64,000 nt of DNA from Mizuhopecten yessoensis (GCF_002113885.1 NW_018405596.1:745718-809717), one strand, 5' to 3'. Numbered from the stretch's first letter, positions 36,286 through 50,088 are shown. A program made the numbers and translations. Notes: generated from the letters alone by a model not told the origin.

Positions 36286-39200
36286 TGAACCACGTGACTG
36301 TTTGAACCGAGGCGATATATGTACCGCGGCGAGTTCACAGCTCATTGTTTCCTCCTATGTAAGTCACTGTCAAGGAATACACTCGCATTGTCCCAGCTAT
36401 AACTGTCATTTGTGGTGTGAACCGCCGCACGCTTGTATCCATTACAGACTTTTAACTCGGCTCTTTCAAAGTTTCTTTAGGTCAGAAAAATCCAACAATG
36501 ACACTGACGAACACCATGTCAACTGACTAGTCCACACATAAATGTTCAATGTCACGCTCCGTTCGACACGTCAATCATGCCATTGTGTTACCTTGATTCT
36601 ATTGTTTTGTTGTTAATCAGTTTCAACAGGTGAAATAATGAAATGAATTAAGAGCTCACTATAAATACCCCCAATCGCTTGAGGGTATCGTATGAAGATA
36701 TATACATAGATTTATATATGTGAGGACCGAGTCGTTTCGAACAAAGGGTTCAATTTCACCAGCATGATCTGTATGTACGTATGTTATCTTACGATCAACT
36801 TTATGACAGGTATATATGGTTTGGTATGTGCTCATGGTTGTAGGTGTTTGCTTGACAGGTTGAAGTCAATGTTTGTTCTGAATGTCTGCACCTTTGCAGG
36901 TGTTTCTGAAAAGGTAACAATTTGACGGTGCATTGCATGAGAGCTTTGTGTCCATCTCCGCTCTTCTCCCATAGACAAAGACGTCAACTCCAGCCTGCCA
37001 TAAATCAAGGCGATATTCCACAGTTTTCAAAATTCATTTGTTGATTGATGTATTATCACTGGCTTAATCACATGCAGTGTTATTTGGTCTAAATACATGA
37101 ATAGCAACATTTTTACAATGTTTGGTTTGCTTCACGGAATCTTTGCTGAAAATATTATCAATATTATTCCTAGAAGGAGGGCCTGCTTGAATTAGGATTC
37201 AAAATGGTGACCTTCTACAGATACGAATTGTACAGATGACTGTATTTTTCTAAACGCTGAAGAGTAAAGAAGTAAAAAACCTTGTATTTTGTATCGTAGT
37301 TTTAAGCTTGCCTGCCTGTCGGTGTAATGTTTTACCGGTGTGTTGAGAAATGTAGGTCAAAGCATAATTTTGCCTTGTTATATGATTAATGGATTTTTGT
37401 ACTCTTTATAGGTCAATTTGTCTGACTAATTATAATAAATAGATTGTTACTCTCATAATAGAACCTAGGATAAGCTTTCGTGTAAATTATGGGAACATAC
37501 AGAAATAAACGCTGTCTGATCTTTTAACTGTTTTAAATGTCTTTGAATATATCATTAAATCCTTTTTACAATGAAACACTTATACATTTACAGAGAAAAA
37601 AACTCATTCATTGGTATCAAGAAAAATTTGGAACAATTTCTTAAACTATATAATAATTGGTAAATGTTGTTCCAAGGATTTAGTATTTATAATGAAACTG
37701 CAATGAAACTCGAGACAAGTATAGAGAACAGAGCGCACATTTGTACAGAGATACAAGCTTTATTAATTACGGATATTTTTTTAAGACAGAGTGTCTAATT
37801 GGCTCAAATGCATAATTTAAATTACATCTTTAACGATTCTACAGAATCGTCCTAAGACACGTATAGATATATTTGTAATTTTTGAAAAAATAGATTGAAT
37901 AAATTTGATTTGAAAATTTGATTTAATGACATTTAAAGCTGACCAAGTTTTAAAAACACTGAACAGAGCTGTGAAAATTAGGCAGATGGTGTGGTAGCAA
38001 GTGAAGCGATTAATAACATTAATTTATGACACTCTAGAGACTAAGTGAACGTGTGGACGTTTATCCCCAGAAATATTTATGGGTTATGGGTGTCAATTTT
38101 GTGAAATTCAAAACTGTTTCTTTGGCATTAACAAAAGGTCGACAGATAAATTGCAATAGCTTTAAAGCAGCTTAGGGCCCTTTAGAGGTTGTTAAATTCT
38201 CCTTTAGGACAAATGATAGAAATCAGAGATTGGATACATTTTGAGTATTTCATGGAGGGTTACAGCTTAATTGAACCGGCTGTATTAAAGAAAATCTTAT
38301 AGACTGATGATTATTTCTGTATAGACTGGCTACCACGCAGCATCTAATTTTGTATGAAGAATTTCTCAACTGCATTTAAACCACTAGCTTATCGCCCCCT
38401 AGTTTAGGATTTAGAATCGGACATCCAAGTGATCAAAATTATTTCAGTTCATTTTTTTCTAAATAACTCAATATTCTAGAGACGGGGGGGGGGGGGGCAG
38501 GGCAGGGCAGTACAATTTCGGTAATAAAAGCCTTAATACTATCAGATACAATTGTATATGTGTATACAACTGTCTGGACCGTTCAGTGTCCAAGTAATGG
38601 TAGAGTAGACAGAATGAAAGGGTGATTTTTTATTCACGATAGTGTATATTTATCACATATAATCACTAATTAATTACGGCAGAGATTAGGTGGCTGAATA
38701 GCTTTCTTATCTAGAAGTTTCCTATGCGACCTTATCTTCACTCCTTGGAAACTAATTCCAGTATATCTCCACCAAATTCACTTCTATTGACATTGTATAT
38801 ATTTATACAGCTAATACTTGCTATGGTCTATAAAACTAACAGATTATGAAGCTACAATTACCGAGGATATCAATATATCAATTTGAGTGGGGGAGGGTGG
38901 TTGGTATAGTGGGAGGGCATTGGAGTAGGGTAGAGTTGGGGGGGGGAGTGGAATTTTAAGTTAGTAATTAATGGAGAATGGATAGGGGTGAGAAGATTTG
39001 CTGGTATGTTGGATGTGACTAGGGTTAATCACTTAAGATAAGACTTTTCTACATTCTAATTTATTGGTATACTTAGTTGCTTAACCAAGGTTGACCTACA
39101 GTGTGTTTCTGTTGCTTGAACTACGTATTTAAACTGGCCATTGAATTAAAAGAAATTTTCTGGGTCAACTGCTAATTGGGCAATTGAATTCATGGAAGTT

Positions 39201-40908
39201 GCAGATTTAACAGTACATGAAGCATAGAATTGAAACACAAGAATTTCGAAACTCTCTCATTATCACATAAACAATTGCATTGCTAGGTATATTTGCATGC
39301 TATATCTGGTGTCCAGGAGGAATACCTGGTACAAATCTTTAGTATATTTAATGCACCTCCCTGCTTTTGCCCTGACTTTGTTGCACAGGGAGTTAGTCCT
39401 CCTTCAGCCATGTTATAGTCTGACAACTAGGACAACTGCTGCAGACTAACTCCTACAGATGCTGTTAGAAGGTTGCTTTTTTAAAATTCCACTTGTTTTG
39501 TGTTCGTATAATACAGTCAAAAGTCTCGAATTTTGGGAATTGGGGATATAGCTTCTGGTTCCCCTCAATTGGCCCTTTTTCCCTTTAAGCTTTGCCTTGG
39601 GAAGAATATTTTGTTACTTTATCTCTCAAGCATATACTTCAACTATTCTCTAGTATGCTAGATATTGGTCAGCTGAGGTTGATGGCCTTCTAGAGAAAAG
39701 GTCACTGTACAATTAATCATCTGAAGATCAGATTTAAGATCAGATCCTGGTCAGGGCTTTTTTTTACATGAATTACTGTATGTTAATAAACCCTGTCAAG
39801 GGCTAGGAGTAAATCTGCAACCCTATCTGAAGGTTTGCCTGGAATGCATTACAGTGGGTAGTGGCTATGATACCCTATAAGTGTTGGTAGGTCTCACTAT
39901 TCTTTGTGACTAATAAGCTATCTCATGGTATTTGAGAACACACATTTATCTTACTAAACATGGGGATATATATATTCTTTAACAAAACACCCACTCAGCT
40001 TGTTTTTTGGGGGAGATTTTCACTTTCATTACATTTCTTTATTTTTGGCAGAATAAATCATTTACGTGACAGATACATATGTATACACAAGGGAACACCG
40101 TGCATAACAATAAAAGTGGAGAAATGTGGTCTGTTTTACAGGGGAGTAGTGAAAGGCAGAAATAATTAGGAAAACCTTCCTTGCTCTTCATCTCGGAATT
40201 CCAGCATCTGACACATTGTATGAGAGTTTTTAGGTTATCTGTGGTATGCTAGCCAGTCTTCAGATATGGTATGTCCAGGATGTCAGGGGTCGTTTAGGGA
40301 TACTGACCCGTGATCAATCATAAATCTAGATTTTGTTACCATGGTAGCCACAGTAAATGACCATTAGAATGACATTTCTGATTGTCCAGCTGACGTCTCT
40401 AAAGGGCTGGTCAAGTGATCAAATTCCTCCCATGTGCCCCATGACTGAAGATGAAACTCGTGAGAAAGCATTAAACCCTGTAGTAAAATGCATTTTGTGA
40501 CTGTGATATCCAGTATGTTTTAAGAACCTGGTGTTCACTAGATCAATTCATAATAAAACCCTGTTATTTCAGACAAATAATTCTGTATACTTAGTATGCT
40601 TAGCTCGTAGTGGGTGCAATTAAAAACACATCTTGTCTTATTCACCGTGTGCAAGTAGCGTCCCAGCCCTGGAAGATATATCACAGTTTTAATGTTCCGT
40701 GGTAGTTAGTGATATTCCCCCCTCAGCTGGTTACATCCTACATGATAAATACTAAAACGTACCTTTTGCACCCAGCGACAGAAAGTCCATGATACTGTGA
40801 AGTAGAAGCAGGTCTACATCCAGACTTGACCTGGCTTTTCGTTTAAAGAGAACATCTTTTGTTTCACCTTGATGGAGATTTGATGAAGAAATTACGGCCA
40901 AACCAGTA

Positions 40909-40999
40909 TCAACCCATTCACCCCTAAAGTCACATTTAAACCTTACCAAATCAATGACTGGGCAAGTCCAGTTTAAATATGTAGGGGTGAATTAGTTAA
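40909..40999 (+). mobile_element. TTAA hairpin MITE, subfamily C
   Basis: cccattcacccctaaagtcacatttaaacc...taggggtgaattag-ttaa. Confidence 0.88.
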
Positions 41000-41067
41000 G
41001 AAACCACCCTCAGGAAGTCACAAAAGTGGTCTCTTATTGGAACAGGTGTTCTCTTAATCCAGGTTCA

Positions 41068-41170
41068 CAGGAGACCAGCTAGCTCAATTAGTGAGGGCGC
41101 CATCTATAGATCGGAGGTCCCAGGTTTGAATCCCAACATAGCTGTTGTGTTTTTCCTTTCCTGTTGTATA
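41068..41170 (+). mobile_element. tRNA-promoter element (solo-LTR/TRIM-like family), degraded
   Basis: A box tagctcaattagtgagggcg, B-box-like ggtttgaatccc, ends ttcctgttgtata. Confidence 0.55.
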
Positions 41171-41239
41171 AATCAAAATGGAGTCTGACTGACCATTTTA
41201 TTGTGTGTCATTAGTTATTGGCTGTACGGAAAAAAAATG

Positions 41240-42081
41240 ATCGTCTACTTATTAACCCTACGTATAGCAAGGCAACAGATTTTCTTAAATGCTGTCAAGA
41301 CAAGGTCCAAAGACAGGGACAAGGTCCAAAGACGGGGACAAGGTCCAAAGATGGGGACAAGGTCCAAAGACAGGGGACAAAAGGTCCAAGACAGGGACAA
41401 GGTCCAAAGACGGGGACAAGGTCCAAAGACGGGGACAAGGTCCAAAGATGGGCACAAGGTCCAAAGACGGGGGACAAGGTCCAAAGACAGGGGACAGAAG
41501 GTCCAAAGACGGGGACAAGGCCCAAAGACGGGGACAAGGTCCAAAGACAGGGGACAGAAGGTCCAAAGACGGGGACAAGGCCCAAAGACGGGGACAAGGT
41601 CCAAAGATGGGGACAAGGGCCAAAGACGGGGGACAAGGTCCAAAGACGGGGACAAGGTCCAAAGACAGGGGACAAGGTCCAAAGACAGGGGACAAGGTCC
41701 AAAGACGGGGACAAGGTCCAAAGACAGGGGACAAGGTCCAAAGATGGGGACAAGGTCCAAAGACGGGGGACAAGGTCCAAAGACAGGGGACAGAAGGTCC
41801 AAAGACGGGGACAAGAGGACATTCGAAAAAACTGTTTCTACATGCAGCATTATAAACTGAATATCAGAAAAAACTCTTTTGGTCTGTGCGTAGTCAAAAT
41901 ATGGAACAATCTCCCAGAACAAGTAATCTCGGCAAACAGTAAATTATTCCAAAAACAGATTAGATAAGCATTGGGAAGATCAAGAACTTTTATATAATTA
42001 TAAGTCTGAAATTCTATAGAAATTTGAACTGTTGTCACAATTGATTTATTTGATCCTGTACCGGTAATAAACTTAACTTAA
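41240..42081 (+). mobile_element. 5'-truncated CR1-type LINE 3' end (ORF2 C-terminus and tail), interrupted by a minisatellite
   Basis: TRGHSKKLF...LNIRKNSFGLCVVKIWNNLPEQVISANS...RLDKHW (with frameshifts) matches the CR1 ORF2 C-terminal pattern; ends aataaacttaacttaa. Confidence 0.85.
41298..41815. repeat. 19-22-bp purine-rich minisatellite (ggggacaaggtccaaagac)
   Basis: About 26 units; stop-free in all six frames, which explains the six overlapping ORFs. Confidence 0.97.
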
Positions 42082-43244
42082 TCCTGTTGGATACAATGTT
42101 TTACCTGTATTACAACCTCAGTTAGTGACATTCTCTGAAAACTATCTAACTTTGGTAATGTTATTAGATTTGATGGAGTGCTTGTCAAAAAAGTGCCGTC
42201 ATGGCAGGAAACATGCAAAAGAATTAAAACAGTAACAGGAAACACAGTCTTTAGAAATTTTGCCTTCCATAGATACACCTGTAATCAACTTGGTGGCTAT
42301 TTCTTGTACAAATGCAACTGGGAGGTGGATGCAATATTTAAACAGTTTCAAATGTTTTATTTGTTTAGGATAGAAATGAATTGAAAGGATTGACAAGATT
42401 ATATGTTATTCGAATCTGTTTCATATGGAGTGTTATTCTGAATACACAATGCTGTCTTGCCGATCTGTAATACAAATTCAAAAGTTCTTTTGTGCATGTA
42501 GCTAGGTGTACATTGGAAGTTGGCAAATGAAATTTTGCAAGCTTGCCATTTTTATCAATGACATTTGTAATGTGTATTTTTTATGTTAGATTCAATAAGT
42601 TCAACAGAAATCAAGCGATAAAATGAATTTGATAAATGCCAGGTGTATGTGTCCCTATAGGGATATCAGTCTTGATATCAATGAAAATGAGATCTGAATC
42701 ACAACCTTTCCGGTAACACTGCCAAATCACCTCCGGGCATGCAACAAATTTAACACTAAACGAGGCGGTTAAATAATGTATCGTACCATACGGCCATATC
42801 CAGTTTGTTTGACGTATTTACACCTGCCCATATCAAGTCACACACAAATTAATGTTTTAATATTGCAGATAAAATCTCCAGTTTAGTCGGAAAGGAAAAC
42901 GTTAATTGAATTTTGAGCTTGTTTTATTCCATATAACATGGAAAGGCCAGACAATCTATTTCAAGGCTTTATATAATAGATAGTTTTTTAAATACATCAG
43001 TAATCCTGTACTCGGAGGTGTCCATATAGATGATTGAAAGCCATAGGAAACATCCAGATCAATTTGACTTCTTTGAAATTCTGTATAGTTTTTGATACAA
43101 ACGAAGTTAGTCACTTTGGTTAGGCAAAGTTATGCGACAAAAAATATTTTCTGGCTATTCAATTCCCATATAATCATTGTAACATGAAAAGAAATACAAC
43201 AGTTAGACCAAACGATTCTAACCGGGCCTTCTAACCTCTAATAT

Positions 43245-43442
43245 AAACTTTATTTATTTTACAACAATTATGAAACAAGTTTTTACAACTTATACAAATC
43301 ACTCTTGTTGGCCCGGAAGTCTTTCTGTGGGAGAAACCAGAGTACCCAGAGAAAACCCACGTGGTCGGACAAACTGGTGACCCTATATACCTTTTCACGC
43401 CCAATCGGGGAATCAAACCCTGGCCGCCTTTGTGAAAGGCAA
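43245..43442 (-). mobile_element. 5'-truncated V-type SINE inserted in the 49-bp array
   Basis: Minus strand: gggtttgattccccgattgggcgtgaaaagg...gtgggttttctctgggtactctggtttctccc (V-domain-like), tail tttcataattgttgtaaaataaataaagttt. Confidence 0.85.
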
Positions 43443-43447
43443 CCCTT

Positions 43448-43995
43448 ACTTCTAAAATATGACAGTTAGACCAAAAGATTCTAACCCGGTCCTCTAACTT
43501 CTAAAATATGACAGTTTGACCAAAAGATTCTAACCCGGTCCTCTAACTTCTAAAATATGATAGTTAGACCAAAAGATTCTAACCGGGTCCTCTAACTTCT
43601 AAAATATGATATTTAGTCCAAAAGATTCTAACTGCGTCCTCTAACTTCTAAAATATGATATTTAGACCAAAAGATTCGAACCAGGTCCTCTAATTTCCAA
43701 AATATGACAGTTTGACCAAAAGATTCTAACCCGGTCCTCTAACTTCTAAAATATGATAGTTAGACCAAAAGATTCGAACCAGGTCCTCTAATTTCTAAAA
43801 TATGATAGTTAGACAAAAAGATTCTAACCGGGTCCTCTAACTTCTAAAATATGATAGTTAGACCAAAAGATTCGAACCAGGTCCTCTAACTTCTAAAATA
43901 TGATGTTTAGACCAAAAGATTCGAACCAGGTCCTCTAATTTCTAAAATATGATAGTTAGACCAAACGTTTCGAACCAGGTCCTCTAATTTCTAAT
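43448..43995. repeat. 49-bp tandem repeat, ~11 copies plus one at ~43200-43244
   Basis: gttagaccaaaagattc(t/g)aacc.ggtcctctaacttctaaaatatga(c/t)a; period 49 (43465, 43514). Confidence 0.95.
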
Positions 43996-46299
43996 TGGAC
44001 GCCCTGAGCTGCCATCTCTGGCAATCGACCCAGTCAACTTCTGCCACACCATTAAACCGCTGTTTCCAATTACTCTGGAATCTAAGATGAATTAATTCAA
44101 TTTTTCAATATTGTATACTCATCTCTCTTCCACACACACATCCCACTATATATACACACATCTCCAATCCAAACACAACTCCGACAAATTAAACATCTCC
44201 TAAATATATTTTTATATCAATACAATATGTACCTATTTAGCTGAAAAGTCTATAGGTAGTATGGACTTAATTACAGTACCCACAATCTTCAATTGATAAT
44301 TGTCAGCCGAAGGTTAGAGTACAATATTTAAGCAACGGATTACGGAAAATATACACAATGGAATGTTAAGACTGAGCACAAAAATATAGGATATATACAA
44401 CAGGTGCCCAGCTTTAGGCATACAATTGTGTATGCCTAACATGATTTTTAATACAAACATTTACAAAGCGTATTCATTTGTATATATACACTACAGTCTG
44501 ATAAAGTGTATATATGTGTACGATCCAGGGCAGATTGTCCAAACGAATTGACCCATACCTTTTGGGGACAAGGTCTGGAAAGGTCAGTTTAAAGTGACCA
44601 CAATAGACTCAGACCACTGGCTGAATTGTCTGACCAGTAGTAGATAAGCTGAGCGGTAGTACAATATCTCGGAATTGACTTGTGAAAATTAACCCAGTGG
44701 TGTCGGACAGATTTCATGCTTTGGTAACTCAGATGAAAAACAAAACTGACCATAGAAGATTGTGTGGCTGTCTATAACTGGCCACTGGTGTTACCTGTAG
44801 GGACAAGATTTACCTGTAGGGAGATCGTTAGAAGTTAATTTGTCAAGGGGTTTAACTTGAGGTGGTCAGCTAGAGCTTGTTCAACTTTACAATACAGTTC
44901 CTCTTGATTTTAGTATCTGTCAATTTTTCTCCAAGTTTTCTCAGAAAATTTAGAAATAAAATTACTATAAAGTTGACATGCTCTTAAGGTTGAGAACATT
45001 TTCCATAGACTGAGGTGTTGAATGATTTTTTTCGTAATGGAGAGTTTCGGATTTGGAGTACAAAGCTAAAAGGCTTTCATTTGTTTGCTGTGATACACTG
45101 TACTTAACATATCTATTGCAAGCATGGTTAGCTTGTGTTGCTGTTATGATTATAAATACCAACTGATCATCAGGGCTATTTTAAAAAATATTGCACTTTA
45201 TTTGCTTGTACATAATATGTGTTTGTTGTGAATGGCCAAAAAGTATAGCAAAATTAAGACAAAAACATGTATGTCGATAACGTATATTAAAGAATTTAAT
45301 GAATTGTTTTTTTTTATTGTGATTAGTGAAGATGACAATGCTTTTAAGAATTAAGTCCAGGTCAGGTTAGCCTGCTTTGTAACACTGACCTCTCAGTAGG
45401 GGGTTTCCCCATAACTCTAACGAGGAATCTCCCCACCTGTGTTGTCCAGTGTTTGCTATTGTCATTTTAAAAGCATAATTATTACTCTGTTTGTCAAACG
45501 TTCTCCTAATAAGCATGGCCAGTTAAGGTTGACACTTAGGCAGTTCCGATCTATTGTATCTAAACATGAATAGATTGTCTCGCTATTGTCCTTGTTAAAT
45601 CTAAAATTCATAAATGTTTTAATATAATTTTTCGATAGTTAAATACGACGATTTACATCGGAGGAGGTTCCATGATGCTCTGTGTCAAAAGTAACAGAAG
45701 GGTTATGTTCAGATGTTGATTTGAAATAAAATTTAATCCTAAAAATAAATGTGTGTTTCTGTTTCATCTTTAAGATACTTAATTCAGTTTGGTAGGTATG
45801 GAAATATTTGTATGCCTTAATTAACCAAGGCAGATTGCTGTTTGCTGTCTTTGAACCAAGTTTAAGGCATTAAGTGGTTAAATGTGTCGAACAGTCTTGA
45901 CTTCATGACACTTATGTCAATGAAAGAAAAGTTTCAATTTGTTTGACATTTTGCTTACTTACTTGCTAATTTATACTATGGCAACAAGTTTTATTGAAAG
46001 AAATCTATTCTTTTTATTTATTTAAAAAAAAAAGCATCTTTGTTGCTGGAATTTGAACTGCAAACCCCTTGACTATAAAGCAGCGTTTATCCGGATCCAC
46101 CAGTCCTGATATTTGTAATGGAACTATTTTTATTCAACATAACTGGAACTTAACAGAAAATAATTCAACTTTTTTCAGTTCCCTAAAAACACCCAGCAAC
46201 CTAGAATTGTCTTCGATTTAACAAAGAACCCCCTCTCCCCCCATGAATTTAACAAGAGAACAACTTATTAGGGCCTGTATTCAGTGATACCGCTACCAA

Positions 46300-46394
46300 T
46301 TAACTCATATATACACCCCTGAAGACGCATTTGAACCCTTCCAATTCAAAGGTTGGAATAGTCCATTATGAAATTTCAGGGGTAAATGAGTTAA
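46300..46394 (+). mobile_element. TTAA hairpin MITE, subfamily A (4-bp insertion in left TIR)
   Basis: TTAA on both sides. Confidence 0.9.
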
Positions 46395-46577
46395 AATCCC
46401 TCACACTGATGTGGGCCCTGTGTTTATTATGAAGATCTTCTGTACTCTATATCCTGGAATAATCCAACCATATGTCATATTTCTAACCATCAACAAACTT
46501 CTCACTCGAAGGCTGTAAGGTAATGATAAAGATTATTAGGCTGTCGTCAGTCGACTTATTTCAACTTACAAAGGTGG

Positions 46578-46666
46578 TTAATCATTTACCCCTCCTATTT
46601 AATATGGACTTGCCCAGTCTTTGATTTGGCAAGGTTCAAATATGACTTTAGGGGTGAATGGGTTAA
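46578..46666 (-). mobile_element. TTAA hairpin MITE, subfamily C
   Basis: ggacttgcccagtctttgatttggcaaggttc...taggggtgaatggg-ttaa. Confidence 0.88.
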
Positions 46667-47799
46667 TTAACAAACACAATTCACCATGTGGCAATATTTG
46701 TTTGCCATATATATTTATGTAATATTTGTTTCTAGATTAGTGATATCATGTTGGGATTTAGACTCCGATATCGTTGACCAGGAATACTGGACACTAAAGA
46801 TAATGGTCACTGGGTACCAGGCACAATAGTTCAAGGTGTATTTAGGTTAACCAGTCATTCACTCGAAGTTTCAATTTTTCAAAATATGTTCATTTTTTTA
46901 AAACTTTTTATTTTGTAAAATACAGATGAAAACTGCAATCAAGTAGCAGAATCTCTATAGTGTTAATGTAATCCTTTGATCATGGTGTGATTACCAAGTA
47001 AGATTTATGATGTTTGTAGCTTAATTACCATTCAACAGATGTTAACAAGTATTTGCTTTATCATACACACTTGTGTGTCAAAGGACAGTGACTTTGTATA
47101 AACCCTTCTTTTAGAGAGATCTGACTTCAGTACTTACCAAACTGCAAAACCGATTTCATTCGAACAGGTTCCTAATCAGTTCAAACATTTGAAAATGGAT
47201 AAAAGATTGATTATTTTATATCAGTTTTTGAAAAGATAACCTTAGTTCAGAGCTACGATTTAGTGATTGATATAAATGCAAACAGGTGTTTCAGCACAGA
47301 GATCTGATACGCTATTATCAAATACCATACATAAGTGAATACCCAGGGAATCTGTATTTCAGCAGACCATGGGGCTACTTTATCTATTTTGTTTGTGTAC
47401 CAAAACTTCTCTAATGACAGCTTAGCCTCCCTTAGATATTATGAAGAATAATAAACAACCTTTCTTTGCAGTACAAATTACTTGAAGTGTCTAGACTTGC
47501 TATGCAATGCAATGAAAACCATTCGTATGCAAGGCGTAGTTATTCAGAAATGTTATACTAAAATGTGCAATTCAACTTTTTGCTGTACTGGTATTTTGTG
47601 TCATACTTTGCAAACCTATTGTGCAGTTTTCTATGAATGCACATTTTTGGAATATTTATGGAAAGATGAGAAATAGAATTTCAAACACTTCAAGCCCATT
47701 TTAAGATTTCTGGGGGAGGGGGACAACTAATTCGGCTCCATTCACTCTAATATATTTGTTATAAAGTTTAATTTAATTCTTTAACCCTCAAATTTGGGC

Positions 47800-47890
47800 T
47801 TAACTCATTAATCCCTGAACTTCCATAATGAACTATTCCAACCTTTGAATTGGATGAGTTCCAATGTGTCTTCAGGGGTGAATAAGTAAT
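47800..47890 (-). mobile_element. TTAA hairpin MITE, subfamily A
   Basis: Full length with a degenerate right end. Confidence 0.88.
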
Positions 47891-48654
47891 TAGCAGACTG
47901 GACATTGGCGTCATTTGTACTTTTAATTTCCCATGAGTGTTTCCCTAATGACATCATGGACTGTGTTTCAAGCAAGTAGGTATCAAAATGTGCAATTCAA
48001 ACATAGAATCTTGTAAAAGCACACCCCATGATATTTCTCGAAATTTAATGCACTCCATCCCAGACCGTGTTTAATCGCTGGAGGAATGTTTTTAACTAAT
48101 GTGATCGTTCGTATTTGCTTTGATATGTTTTTTGACATAGTGTGAAGTCTGCCCAGATTATATCATCTTGAATGGAATCTGTAATGTAAAATATTTCGGC
48201 AGGAAAAACGATACAGAGAATTTCATCAGTGATAGTGTAGATTTTCATTTACAGATATGTATGTCGTAAACTATATTACGTTCTTACTCGCGATATAAAC
48301 AGCAGTATCAAAGTGAAACTATTTTTTGTTTCACTTTGATTCTGGAGATTATTCTCTGTTCATCTTCTTCACAGCTATTGTTGGCTTTTCAATTTGAAAG
48401 GGCCATCTATCTACCTACAAGATTTAATGTACAATTCGGAATTGCTTAATGTTAGATGTGAATGAGGAGTTATCTCTACCAGTGTTTATCAATGTCATTG
48501 AGACGGTTTGTATAGCTTTCCATCTGTCTGATTTTATCCCTGTCAAATAGTACAGGCATGGTTAAACATGTGAAATGTGTGTCTAGATCGTCCTTGTTAA
48601 CAGTATATAGGCAGAGGAACCTGTGTTCAGTACTGGAATACATAAATTTCAAAC

Positions 48655-48820
48655 TCAGGATTATACTTCACTTCTTCTTGTGCTCAAAAGTTATGGACAG
48701 CAAGCTATATATAGTTCAAGGATGTAGACTTGTTTTTGTGCTCATAAGATGTGGACAGCTAGTTTAGGATATAGACTTGTTTTTGTGCTCATAAGATATG
48801 GACAGCCAGTTCAAGATATA
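48655..48820. repeat. ~47-48-bp tandem repeat, ~3 copies
   Basis: ggat.tagacttgtttttgtgctcataagat.tggacagc repeated. Confidence 0.8.
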
Positions 48821-50088
48821 CTTCTAATACACAGTAATATGGGCATGCCTGGTAATAAGCCCACCCCTTGCTAAACACATTTTATCAATGATAAAACCAG
48901 GGGGGAAAGGATCATAAGGCTTTTCTGTTTTATTTGTTGATTTCTTGCTTACTATTGTTGTCGTTCGCAATTTTGGAGCCCCAACTTTATCATTGGGTGT
49001 ACCTCACACCCTTGGCATATCAGGAGCAAACTGCATCATTTGAATTTTAATGCAAATGTACTTTATTTGTGTATAGGTAGAATATGTGACTCAACTTCAT
49101 TATTGCCATTGGCTTTTCAATAATGGGAATATTTGAAATAAAATCCTTTGTGAAGTTTGACCTTGATGAAAGGTTGAGCACTTGACCTTGAGAAAGGTTA
49201 ACTTTCTAAAGGGAGACCACTTTAACCTCTGTTTGTGTCTCACCACATCTGTCATAAACAGTTTGCTCATGATGGGTGCCATCATGTAACAACACCTTTT
49301 GTTGTTTGACACTGAGCTGATTACCTGAGGCACAGGTGATCCAGCCTGTCTACCTGTTATATACAAATCAACGTTTGATATCCTTGTTGATGCCTTTAGC
49401 TTCCTCTGACTCACTGCCATGTCAGTTATATGTGAATACTCGCACTTCAAACATTCAAATGTGTCTAAAACTGTTTCTTTATGTATCAAAACACCTTCTG
49501 TACAGCTATGGGTCGTTATTGTGTGTGTTTAAATGTTGTTACGAAAATCTTTTATTTTTCTCTTTCAGACATTGTTTATTGTTCAACCGTGAAACTTGTA
49601 AAACATCACAACTTCAATTCCTTTTGTAAAATATAAACAATCTAACAATTAAACTACTGAATGTTCTGTTTTATTATTTTTATCGTCTGGATTACAAAGA
49701 TCAGATTATGTCTGAACTCAAGGCTCTTGTTAGTGCAGAATTGCAGTAAAAAGGTCAGCGTAAAGGCCCCGTAAAATGGAACACCTTTTTTTGCCCAGAA
49801 AGTCGGCTTTGTGGGATTTAGGTTAATGCACTGATCTCAAAGTGGGGTTCTGATTAAGGTGCATCTACTAGAGATAAGTCGGGAACATTACCTACGGATG
49901 AAAGGCACAGAATTTAACTGTCTATAATGCTGAGGTATACTGAGGGACTACAGATAATGATCTGGCCTGGATTCATCACTGAGTTGCTAATCGTAGGAAT
50001 GACTGTTATTGATACAGAACTTGTACGATAGTTTTCAATGTTTTTCACCATCTAGCTGTTAACTAACGCTGTGTTGCATCAATATATA

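Larger units (their letters stand above)
43178..44048 (-). mobile_element. TG..CA-bounded tRNA-promoter element carrying a 49-bp B-box tandem array and a nested SINE
   Basis: Minus strand starts tgtggcagaagttgactggg and ends atgttaca; flanks tcat/ccat; homologous to 26910 and 50089. Confidence 0.7.

Noticed and set aside
35337-36338. 333-aa repetitive ORF
   Set aside because: Read-through of a 42-bp minisatellite with no synonymous variation and no splice or promoter context.
36900-36913. Microexon ttgcag|GTGTTTCTGAAAAG|gtaaca
   Set aside because: 14 nt is not frame-preserving and there is no other support.
41201-41967. Six overlapping long ORFs
   Set aside because: Artefact of a stop-free minisatellite; only the flanking CR1 residues are protein-derived.
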